Source of the DNA: Mobula hypostoma
Lineage: Eukaryota
NCBI RefSeq assembly: GCF_963921235.1
Contig: NC_086097.1
Coordinates: 208,632,001 to 208,696,000 of the forward strand
Reading direction: 5' to 3'
Length of the DNA: 64,000 nucleotides
This document shows, in pieces, positions 52,063 through 63,044 of the stretch (position 1 is the stretch's first letter; each line of letters begins with the position of its first letter). A model generated the notes under the pieces. The model was not told the DNA's origin. It worked only from the letters and a program-made list of their open reading frames with translations, and made no database searches. Made by a program: the position numbers and the translations under genes.

Positions 52063-52208
52063 CATTGCCCATGACCCTCAATGTGGAGGTAGTACTGTGA
52101 AACTAGAGGCCATGCATCTGGAACTCATTGCCCATGACCCTCAACGTGGAGGTAGTACTGTGAAACTAGAGGCCATGCATCTGGAACTCATTGCCCATGA
52201 CCCTCAAC
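52063..52208 (+). repeat. 63-bp tandem repeat, 2.3 copies
   Basis: Units start at 52063, 52126 and 52189 with CATTGCCCATGACCCTCAA; one mismatch between the two full units. Confidence 0.95.
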
Positions 52209-52217
52209 ATGGTTGTA

Positions 52218-52785
52218 AGGTTTGGCATGTCAACAAATACACTCAAAAACTTCTATATTTGTACCGTGGAGAGCATTCTGACAGGCTGCATCACTGTCTG
52301 GTATGGAGGGGCTACTGCAGAGGACCAAATGAAGCTGCACAGGGTCGTAAATTTAGTCAGCTCAATCTTGGGTACTAGCCTACAAAGTACTCAGGACACC
52401 TTCAGGGAGTGGTGTCTCAAAAAGGCAGTGTCCATTATTAAGGACCTCCAGCACCCAGGGCATGGCCTTTTTTCACTGTTACCATTTGGTAGGAGGTACA
52501 GAAGCCTGAAGGTACGCACTCAGCGATTCAGGAACCTGAATCCTAAATGGACATTGAACCCTTGGACACTACCTCATTTTTTAAACATATATAATTTCTG
52601 TTTTTTTGCATGATTTTTAATCTATTTAATATATGTATACAGTAATTTATTTACTTATTTATTATTATTATTTTATTTTGTTTTTTCTCTTCTATATTAT
52701 GTATTACATTGAACTGCCTCTGCTAAGTTAACAAATTTCACATCACATGCCATTGATAATAAACCTGATTCTGATTCTGATTCTG
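52218..52785 (+). mobile_element. 5'-truncated Rex1/Babar-like LINE
   Basis: RFGMSTNTLKNFYICTVESILTGCITVWYG; (ATTCTG)n tail. Confidence 0.88.
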
Positions 52786-52959
52786 AGAGAACCTACTTAC
52801 ACCACTCTCCCACCCTATCAGGTGCCATCTACCCTACCCCATCAATGAAAAAGTTTGCAAGTTCCACATTGGTCTCATCATGCACTGGGTTGGAAGTAAA
52901 TCAGTGTCAATCTCGAGGGATTCAAAGTTCAAAGTAAATTTATTATCAAAGTACATATA

Positions 52960-53810
52960 GAATCAGAATCAGTTTTATTACCTCTGACATGTGTCGTGAA
53001 ATTTGTTAACTTAGCAGCAGTAGTTCAATGCAATACATAATATAGAAGAGGACAAAAAAAGTAATAAATAAATAAATTACAGTATTTGTATATTGAAAAG
53101 ATTAAAACTCATGCAAAAACAGGAATGATCTATATTAAAAAAGTGAGGTAGTGTACATGGTTTCAATGTCCATTTCGGAATCAGATGGCAGAAGGGAAGA
53201 AGCTTTTCCTGAATCGCAGAGTGTGTGCCTTCAGACTTCTGTACTTCCTTCCTGATGGCTACAGTGAGGAAAGGGCATGCCCTGGGTGCTGGAGGTCCTT
53301 AATCGTGTACGCTGCCTTTCTAAGACACTGCATGTTGAAGACGTCCTGGGTACTTTGTAGACTAGTACTCAAAATGGAGCTGACTAAATTTATGACATTC
53401 TGCAGCTTCTTTCAGTCCTATGCGGTAGCCCCTGCCCATACCAGACAGTGATGCAGCCTCTCAGAATGCTTTCCACGGTACATCTGTAGATGTTTTTGAG
53501 TGTTTTTGTTGACATACCGGGGGAGGGGGGGGGAGGGAATGTTGAATCAGACCGTGAGAGGCCTGCGTTGGGCATTTTCATGCCTTACAAGGCGCATATT
53601 GGAATACCAAATCCCTTCAAACTCCTAATGAAGTATAGTCACTGTCTTGCCTTCTTTATAACTACATCGATATGTTGGGACCGGGTTAGGTACTGAGAGA
53701 TCTTGACACCCAGGAACTTGAAATTGCTCACTCTCTCCACGTCTGATCCCTCTATGAGAATTAGTATGTGTTCCTTCATCTTACACTTCCTGAAGTCCAA
53801 ATCAGTTTCA
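52960..53810 (-). mobile_element. Rex1/Babar-like 3' fragment with an internal insertion of about 85 bp
   Basis: ORFs 53639-53842(-) and 53390-53581(-); AGAATC-type tail near 52960. Confidence 0.85.
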
Positions 53811-54123
53811 GGGATTCTTCTTCTCATGTTCTTGATGTTCATTGCTAATTTATTTATTTATTTATTTATTTTGTTTCTTTCCTTTTGTATTTATATTTTG
53901 TTGTCTTTTGCACACTGGTCATCTGCCCTGATAGGTACTGTCTTTCATTGATTCTATTATGGTTATTGGATTTACTAAGTATGTCCACAAGAAAATTAAT
54001 CTCAGGGCTGTATATGGTGATATATATGTACTTTGATAATAAATTTACTTCAAACTTTTGAGCCTTGAAAGAGATAGTACAGTGTATGTGGTCTGTAAGT
54101 GAAATGGATGTCAAGATTCTGAT

Positions 54124-56580
54124 ACACGAGGAAATCTACAGATGCTGGAATTTCAAGCAACACACATAAAAGTTGCTGGTGAACGCAGCAGGCCAGGCAG
54201 CATCTCTAGGAAGAGGTACAGTCGAAATTTCGGGCCAAGACCCTTTGTCAGGACTAACTGAAAGAAGAGCAAGTAAGAGATTTGAAAGTGGGAGTGGGAG
54301 GGGGAGATCCGAAATGACAGGAGAAGACAGGAGGGGGAGGGATGGAGCCAAGAGCTGGACAGTTGATTGGCAAAAGGGACATGAGAGGATCATGGGACAT
54401 GAGGCCTAGGGAGAAAGAAAAGGGGGAGGGGGGGTAAAAATCCCAGAGGATGGGCAAGGGGTATAGTGAGAGGGACAGAGGGAGAAAAAGGAGAGAGAGA
54501 GAAAGAATGTGTGTATAAAAATAAATAACGGATGGGGTACGAGGGGGAGGTGGGGCATTAGTGGAAGTTAGAGAAGTCGATGTTCATGCCATCAGGTTGG
54601 AGGCTACCCAGACGGAATATAAGGTGTTGTTCCTCCAACCTGACTGTGGCTTCATCTTTAAAGTAGAGGAGGCCGTAGATAGACAAATCAGAATGGGAAT
54701 GGGATGTGGAATTAAAATGTGTGGCCACTGGGAGATCCTGCTTTCTCTGGCAGACAGAGCATAGGTGTTCAGCGAAATGATCTCCCAGTCTGTGTCCGGT
54801 CTCGGCAATATATAAAAGGCCACATCAGGAGCACCGGACGCAGTATATCACCCCAGCCGACTCACAGGTGAAGTGTCGCTGCACCTGGAAGGACTGTCTG
54901 GGGCCCTGGATGGTGGTGAGGGAGGAAGTGTAAGGGCATGTGTAGCACTTGTTCTGCTTACAAGGATAAGTGCCAGGAGGGAGATCAGTGGGGAGGGATG
55001 GGGGGTACGAATGGACAAGGGAGTCGTGTAGGGAGCGATCCCTGCGGAAAACGGGGGCGGGGGGGTGGAGGGAAAGATGTGCTTAATGGTGGGATCCCGT
55101 TGGAGGTGGTGGAAGTTCCTTCGCTACATCGACGACTGCATTTGCGCTGCTTCCTGTACACATGCTGAGCTCATTGACTTCATTAACTTTGCCTCCAACT
55201 TTCACCCTGCCCTCAAGTTTACCTGGTCCATTTCCAACACCTCCCTCCACTTTCTAGATCTTTCTGTCTCTATCTCTGGAGACAGCTTATCTACTGATGT
55301 CTACTATAAGCCTACTGACTCTCACAGCTATCTGGACTATTCCTCTTCTCACCCTATCTCTTGCAAAAATGCCAGCCCCTTCTTGCAATTCCTCCGTCTC
55401 CACCACATCTGCTCTAAGGATGAGGCTTTTCATTCCAGGACGAGGGAGATATCCTCCTTTTTTAAAGAAAGGGGCTTCCCTTCCTCCACCATCAACTCCG
55501 CTCTCAAACGCATCTCTCCCATTTCACGCACATCTGTTCTCACTCCATCCTTCCGTCACCCCACTAGGAATAGGGTTTCCCTGGTCCTCACCAACCACCC
55601 CACCAGCCTCCGGGTCCAACGTATTATTCTCCGTAACTTCCGCCACCTCCAACGGGATCCCACCACTAAACACAGATTCCCTCCCCCCCACTCTGCTTTC
55701 CGCAGGGATCGCTCCCTACGCAACTCCCTTGTCCATTCGTCCCCCCCATCCCTCCCCACCGATCTCCCTCCTGGCACTTATCCTTGTATGCGGAACAAGT
55801 GCTACACATGCCCTTACACTTCCTCCCTCACCACCATTCAGGGCCCCAGACAGTCCTTCCAGGTGAGACGACACTTCACCTGTGAGTCGGCTGGGGTGAT
55901 ATACTGCGTCCGGTGCTCCCAATGTAGCCTTCTATATATTGGAGAGACCTGATGCAGACTGGGAGATCATTTCACTGAACACCTACGCTCTGTCCGCCAG
56001 AGAAAGCAGGATCTCCCAGTGGCCACACATTTTAATTCCACAGCCCATTCCCATTCTGACATGTCTATCCACGGCCTCCTCTACTTTAAAGGTGAAGCCA
56101 CACTCAGGTTAGAGGAACAACATCTTATGTTCCGTCTGGGTAGCCTCCAACCTGATGGCATGAACATTGACTTCTCTAACTTCCGTTAATGCCCCACCTC
56201 CCCCTCGTACCCCATCCGTTATTTATTTATATACACCCATTCTTTTTCTCTCACTCCTTTTTCTCCCTCTGTCCCTCTCACTATATCCCTTGCCCATCCT
56301 CTAGGCTTTCCCCCCTCCCCCTTTTCTTTCTCCCTCGGCCTTGTGTCCCACGATCCTCTCATATCCCTTTTGCCAATCAACTGTCCAGCTCTTGGCTCCA
56401 TCCCTCCCCCTCCTGTCTTCTCCTATCATTTCAGACCTCCCCTTCCCACTTTCAGATCTCTTACTAGCTCTTCTTTCAGTTAGTCCTGACAAAGGGTCAC
56501 GGCCTGAAACGTCGACTGTACCTCTTCCTAGAGATGCTGCATGGCCTGCTGCGTTCACCAGCAACTTTTATGTGTGTTGC
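54124..56580 (+). mobile_element. Penelope-like element (Neptune-type RT plus GIY-YIG), 5'-truncated with inverted 5' arm
   Basis: 13-bp TSD TCAAGATTCTGAT (54111-54123, 56581-56593); forward part 55116-56580 encodes FLRYIDD, LHFLDLSV, YYKPTDSHSYL, CMRNKCYTC and GVIYCVRCSQCSLLYIGET; 54157-55117 is the reverse complement of 55635-56580. Confidence 0.95.
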
Positions 56581-57463
56581 TCAAGATTCTGATGCCTGCT
56601 TTGTGTGTTTTTTTTTGTAGCTGAGCCTTAGAAATGAATGAAAATTGGATATTTGAATGTGAAAAACAGTGCAGACAATGCTAATCTGTTCTTAGTTGTA
56701 TTTCAATTCGGGTCTGGAATGCTCTCTACTTTATTCCTCTCTAGCTAGAGGGCACTAATGACCACTTGGAGCCCAGGCTGTTGCTTTGACTGTGATTACA
56801 GCATTGATCTGCTCTGCTGTGCTCTTTTGATCTATCAAATGTTTTATGAGGTATGAGAACAATACTTACATTTAACAAACTAACAAAGTAGGGCCTTTAA
56901 CAGTAAAAGATCCCAAGGTCCAGGGAATGCTCATAAATATAGTATAAAAAGAAATTAGGACTAACTAAAAAGTTGGCCAAGGAAGTGGGTTTTAAGTAGT
57001 GTCTTTTCTCATTTCCTTGTTTCTCAGAAACTTCCAGGACTTTGACCTTTGAGCACACTGTTGTTATTTTGAAAAACATCGGAATTATTTGCTCACAAAA
57101 ATATCCCAAACACAGGAGATAAATAGATAACCTGTTTTTGGGATATTAGTTGGGTAGAGTAATTAGCCAACACATCTGGAAAACTCTCTGCTCTTCAGTT
57201 TTCTTTAAGCAATAGAGTACCTGCAATTTTTGTAATATAGCCACAGAAATATTCCTATCTCTCAGATAAAGATCTGTGCTAAACCATTTCCTGGCATCAT
57301 CCAGCTTACCTTTAGACATAAAAGGTCTGAATTTTCTTTGAAGCAAATCCTGATTATTTCAGTCAAGCAGAAACATTTTTAATTTTATGAATTTATTTAT
57401 GTTCTGAATGGCTAATGCCTCTCAATTCAAAATGCTCAGTATACTATGTGAACAGATGCTGTT

Positions 57464-57663
57464 CATGAGGAATTCTGCAGATGCTGGAAATTCAAGCAAC
57501 ACACATCAAAGTTGCTGGTGAACGTGGCAGGCCAGGCAGCATCTCTAGGAAGAGGTACAGTCGACGTTTCAGGCGAGACGTCGGCCCGAAACGTCGACCG
57601 TACCTCTTCCTGGAGATGCTGCCTGGCCTGCTGCGTTCACCAGCAACCTTGATGTGTGTTGCT
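57464..57663. mobile_element. Fold-back mini-PLE made only of two inverted termini
   Basis: Arms 57495-57574 and 57584-57663 are near-perfect reverse complements; PLE tail on the left. Confidence 0.9.
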
Positions 57664-58426
57664 GGTAAAATATGTCATTTTGTTCTCTCTATTGAATTTG
57701 TAGCAAAGTGTTAATACCAGAGTGAGTAGCATATTAAATAAGTGAGTATGCCTTTCACCAACCAGCTCATCATTAAAAACACAATGAAAAATGTCCATTC
57801 AGGTCAATAGATTTGCTTCTATTATTGTCCATTTCCAATTGTAGATTCTGTTCTCTGATTATCAATTTCCCAAACAGACTGCTGCATCCATGATCCCTAA
57901 TCTCAAACAATGTTCTATTAGGTCCTCACTTACAATATTCAGCTTTGTTCTCTGCAAACAAAATCCTTCTCTCAGCATCACGGGCCATAAAGTGTCTCAG
58001 TCTAGCACTCTCACCTTCAAGGCAGTAGTTTGTTAATTCCAAATCTTCTCAAGGTGCTTCAGCAGGTAATTAGGCTCACGCTTCCACTGACATAAGTGCT
58101 ATCTTTTAAATGAGATGTTAAACAGCAGTTCCTTCCATACCATCCTGGTGCTGGAGGGAATAAAGAACCAGGGGCTGAGCCACAACGTGTACTGCCGCAT
58201 ATTCACAGTGCTGTGGACACTGACCCTGCTGAAATCAAGGCTTCAGGAAATTGGTTTGCTGCCTCATTAGCTACTGGTGCGGGATAGGCAATGTCATGCA
58301 TTGAAAGGAGTCAGCCAGTGAATGAGATTGCACAATATGTCAGAGAAGCAGGGGATGGAGTGAGGAGAAGGTACATGTCAGAGAGGCCATTGTATATAGT
58401 ATAAAGTATAAGTATAAGTATAATTG

Positions 58427-59906
58427 TAACAACAGGAATTCTGCAGATACTGGAAATTCAAGCAACACACATCAAAGTTGCTGGTAAACACAGCAGGCCA
58501 GGCAGCATCTATTGGAAGAGTTTCAGTCAACGTTTCAGGCCGAGTCCCTTCGTCAAGACTAACTGAAGGAAGAGTTAGTAAGAGATTTGAAAGTGAGAGG
58601 GGGAGGGGGAGATCCACTGATGTCTACTATAAGCCTACTGACTCTCACAGCTATCTGGACTATTCCTCTTCTCACCCTATCTCTTGCAAAAATGCCATCC
58701 CCTTCTCGCAATTCCCCCATCTCCGCCGCATCTGCTCTCAGGAGAGAGCTCATCTGCTCATTCCAGGACGAGGGAGATGTCCTCCTTTTTTAAAGAAAGG
58801 GGCTTTCCTTCCTCCACCATCAACTCTGCTCTCAAACGCATCTCCCCCATTTCACGCACATCTGCTCTCACTCCATCCTCCTGCCACCCCACTAACAATA
58901 GGGTTCCCCTGGTCCTCACCTACCACCCCACCAGCCTCCGGGTCCAACATATTATTCTCCGCAACTTCCGCCACCTCCAACGGGGTCCCACCACTAAGCA
59001 CATCTTTCCCTCCCCTCCACTCTCTGCTTTCCACAGGGATCGCTCCCTACGCGACTCCCTTGTCCATTCGTCCCCACCATCCCTCCTCACTGATCTCCCT
59101 CCTGGCACTTATCCGTGTAAGCGGAACAAGTGCTACACATGCCCTTACACTTCCTCCCTTACCACCATTCAGGGCCCCAGACAGTCCTTCCAGGTGAGGC
59201 GACACTTCACCTGTGAGTCAGCTGGGGTGATATACTGCGTCCGGTGCTCCCGATGTGGCCTTCTATATATTGGCGAGACCCGACGCAGACTGGGAGATCG
59301 CTTTGCTGAACACCTACGCTCTGTCCGTCAGAGAAGGCAGGATCTCCCAGTGGCCACACATTTTAATTCCACTTTCCATTCCCATTCTGACATGTCTATC
59401 CACGGCCTCCTCTACTGTAAAGATGAAGCCACACTCAGGTTGGAGGAATAACATCTTATATTCCGTCTGGGTAGCCTCCAACCTGATGGCATGGACATCG
59501 ACTTCTCACACTTCCGCTAGTGCCCCACCTCCCCCAGTACCCCATCCATTATTTATTTTTATACATACATTCTTTCTCTCACTCTCCTTTTTCTCCCTCT
59601 GTCCCTCTGACTATACCACTTGCCCATCCTCTGTTCCCCCCCCCCGTCTTTCTTCCCGGATCTCCTGTCCCATGATCCTCTCATATCCCCTTTGCCAATC
59701 ACCTGTCCAACTCTTGGCTCCAACCCTCCCCCTCCTGTCTTCTCCTATCATTTTGGATCTCCCCCTCCCCCTCTCACTTTCAAATCTCTTACTAACTCTT
59801 CCTTCAGTTAGTCCTGACGAAGGGTCTCAGCCTGAAACGTCGACTGAAACTCTTCCAATAGATGCTGCCTGGCCTGCTGCGTTTACCAGCAACTTTGATG
59901 TGTGTT
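58427..59906 (+). mobile_element. Penelope-like element, 5'-truncated with short inverted 5' arm
   Basis: 15-bp TSD GTATAAGTATAATTG (58412-58426, 59907-59921); ORF 58684-59451 has CKRNKCYTC, GVIYCVRCSRCGLLYIGETRRRLGDRFAEH and VATHFN; 58463-58616 is inverted relative to 59754-59907. Confidence 0.95.
59804..59847 (+). ncRNA. Minimal type I hammerhead ribozyme motif in the PLE terminal repeat
   Basis: TTAGTC-CTGACGA-AGG(GTCTCAG)CCT-GAAAC-GTC-GACTGA: CUGANGA and GAAA cores, helix II AGG/CCT, helix I TTAGTC/GACTGA, GUC triplet at 59839-59841. Confidence 0.8.
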
Positions 59907-62426
59907 GTATAAGTATAATTGCTTGGCTTTTCCAGAAAAGGATTATCCAGTGAGCGGACAAGTACTTTATGACCATTTACAGCCTTGCTGATATCTTCAT
60001 TGCGCTATCCTTAGTCTCCTGCTTAATACGCTCATATTAAGTAAATGGCACCTCAGATGCTGTGACCATTCAGAGGGAATCTATATGTTCTCTATGCACT
60101 GTCATAAATAGTGATGTCACAAAGCATTCTCCATGTAGGTGAATCCCAGCAGTGGCACCATGAGGTTCCTAGGAGGACTCTGATACAAGAGCTGGAAGAG
60201 GAAGATAAATTGAAGGCTGTTGCATATTGCAGGTCAAAATGTTAGAGTTTACCTTGTAAACCATGTACTTACATGAGTTTGGGATCCAATTTCACTAGGT
60301 ATCTTTCTTTCAAGCATCTAGCCCAGTTCTTCCAAAAGAGATTCACCAGCCTTATTCCTGGGATGAAAAGGTTGATCTATCACGAGTGGATAAAGATATT
60401 AAAATTAATTTCTTTGGAGTTTAGTAAAATGAGAGGTGATCTTATTAAACCATTATAGAGCTATAGTTACTATTCTATAGATTTACTGTGAATGCTCACA
60501 AGTAAATGAATCTCAGTGACACATTATTTTGATAATAAGATTTACTTTGAGCTTTGAAAAGTCTCTTCAAAAGAATACCACATCTTAATTCCCCAATCAA
60601 TCTTCCAACTTCGCCTTCACAATTAGTCTCCTGTACAGACCAGGGCCCATTTGTTCCTTCAGGTGACTTTGTGAGGCCCTTGATATCTCCACTGTAGGAT
60701 TTTATCCAGGAGCATGTCCATTGCCTACTCCCTCCCGAAAACAACTTACTTTCATTTAAGATGATAGAAAATGGACGGCTATGTAGGAGGGAAAGGTTTG
60801 ATTGATCTTAGAGTAGGTTAAAAGGTCAGCAGAAGATCATGGGCCAAAGGGCTTGTACTGTGCTGTATTGAGCTCTATGTTCTACACTGGGATATTTTTT
60901 ATAGTAGTCAATTAACAGATCAGCACTTCTTTTGACTGCAGGGAATAACCAGCAACAGCTTATGTGGTCAAGAACAGAACATGCAAAGTCCACATGCAGT
61001 GCTTTCAAGGTCAGATTTGAACCTTGGTTTCTCTGGGACAATATTACCGATTACCGTGTCATTGCATCATTGTACTGAACCATCAGAAGCTCTTTGATGA
61101 AGCAACTAAAAACGTTTGGCTCAGTTTGAATTCTGAGGAGCTCTTACAATGTTGTAATATTGTCCTTGTGAGTTCCAGCAACAACAATGTACAATAATAC
61201 TCTTCTGTGCAAGAAATGACTCCAGTCACTGGAGTGTTTCTCTTTGATGATATTGACTTTAATTTGACCAGGGCTTCATTATATCATGCTTCCTCAAACA
61301 CCGTTTTAATGCCAAGGTCAATTTCTCTTGCCCCACCTCTGAAATTCAGCTTTTTGGTCTATACTTTGACCAAGGCTATGATAAGGACGGGCACTGGCAA
61401 ATCACAAAGGAACATTTACCCTCATCGTTCAGGATGTGCCTTCATTGGGGAGGAGATACATGTGCCTGAAGACCCACACAGCTTCTTCCCTTCAGCCGTT
61501 AGACTTATGAAAGTTCTATGAACCCATTTTTGCATGGTATTTATTTTTGTAACGTATAACCATTTTTATATCTTGCACTGTAATGCTGCTGCAAAACAAC
61601 AAATTTCACGCCATACGTCAGTGATAATAAAGCTGATTCTAATTCTGATTGTGAGGTTATTGGTTACTGCTACTTGATGGCTCTAGTATTTTTAGACTCT
61701 TTTTGAACTACTTCTTTAATTTATTTATATATATATATGTATTATCGTAAATTACTATTTTTTAATGCATTGTAGTGTACTGCTGCTGCAAAACAACAAA
61801 TTTCACCACATAGGTCAGTGACGTTATATCTGATGCTGGGGCACTCTCTACCCCTTTGATCATTTTGCTGATAATTGAGAGAGAGTGATTTGGCAGTACT
61901 TACTTGGACTTGGTGTGCCCTACTTCTTGTGAACAGGACATACCTGTGCAGTTTTCCAGATTTACAAAAAGTGTTGCAACCATGCTGGGGCGGCTTGACT
62001 AAAATTGCAAGAAGTTTCAGAGCACAGATCTTCAATACAGATTTACGACATTGTCTGGTCTCAGACGTTTTGCTGAACCCATGTTCTCAAAAGATTTCTG
62101 ATATTGTGTGGAGTGAAAAGAAAATGTGGAAAAGTGGATTTTCCTAAGGAAAGAATGTCAGTAGAAAACCAAACTGAATTATGCCCTTGGTTCTGTTGGC
62201 TGGACATAGTAATGAATGATTTGGCATTATTGTTAGCATACACATGTAGAACAGTTCCACAGCTGAGCAGAAAGATGATTTTGGAGCCTCCTCCTCCTGT
62301 CTAATTTTCTACCAGCATTCATTACTGGATGTGTTAGGGCCACAGATCTTCAGTCTGATCCATTGCTTAGCTCTATCTATAGACTATTTGAAGTGATGGG
62401 TGGAGATATGTCTCTACCAAAGGATA

Positions 62427-62556
62427 AAGTCTTGATGAAGGGTTTTGGCCCACCCAAAATGTTGACTAATTACTCTTTACGATAGATGTTGCCTGACCTG
62501 CTGATTTCCTCCAGCATTTTGTGTGTGTTCCAGCATCTGCAGATTTTCTCTTGTGT
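62427..62556 (+). mobile_element. Degenerate PLE terminus with decayed hammerhead
   Basis: AGTCTTGATGAAGGG..AAAATGTTGACT followed by GATGTTGCCTGACCTGCTG..CCAGCATCTGCAGA. Confidence 0.75.
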
Positions 62557-63044
62557 GATGATGATGGAATACTGGTTTTGCTAATCTGCATGCATGCTGA
62601 CCCAAGCCTTAACAGTTTGACCCCTGCAGGCCCTTCTGTACTCCTCATTGAACCAAAATATTTCCTCCATTAGATGCCAATGACAGTAGCCAATGAAACT
62701 GCAGATTCTGCTGATGCACATTTATGCTGTTGTCATTGGTCCAGAGCACCTACTCTATCTTATTTAACAAGATTTCCATGAGCGTTGTCCAGTTTGGTTT
62801 TAGGTTTTCATTACCCAAATTGTGTGCCATAGACCTTCTTCACCACCCTGTCTACTGCTAGCAGGATTCAGAATTGAGGGTAACATTCTACATTCAGTAG
62901 AACATTGCCCAGTTGTGCCATACTCTACTGGATGTAGAATGTTATTGCCATTCTGATTCCAACTAGGGGTAGACAAGCTGATAAAGAAGGTGTATGACAC
63001 AATTGCCTTCATCTATCAGGACACTGAGTGTAAGAGCTGCATAA

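Noticed and set aside
52063..52208. CRISPR-like repeat-spacer array
   Set aside because: The intervening sequences are nearly identical (a plain tandem repeat), the context is eukaryotic and there are no cas genes
55950..55952. In-frame TGA after YIGET as a selenocysteine codon
   Set aside because: The paralogous codon in element 2 (59281-59283) is CGA (Arg), so CpG decay explains it
58204..58245. V(D)J recombination signal (CACAGTG)
   Set aside because: No nonamer at 12- or 23-bp spacing and no V/J segment
58478..59953. Long Pro/Ser-rich ORFs (58478-59197, 59255-59953, also 55297-55866) as novel proteins
   Set aside because: They are shifted frames of C-rich PLE sequence that is naturally poor in stop codons
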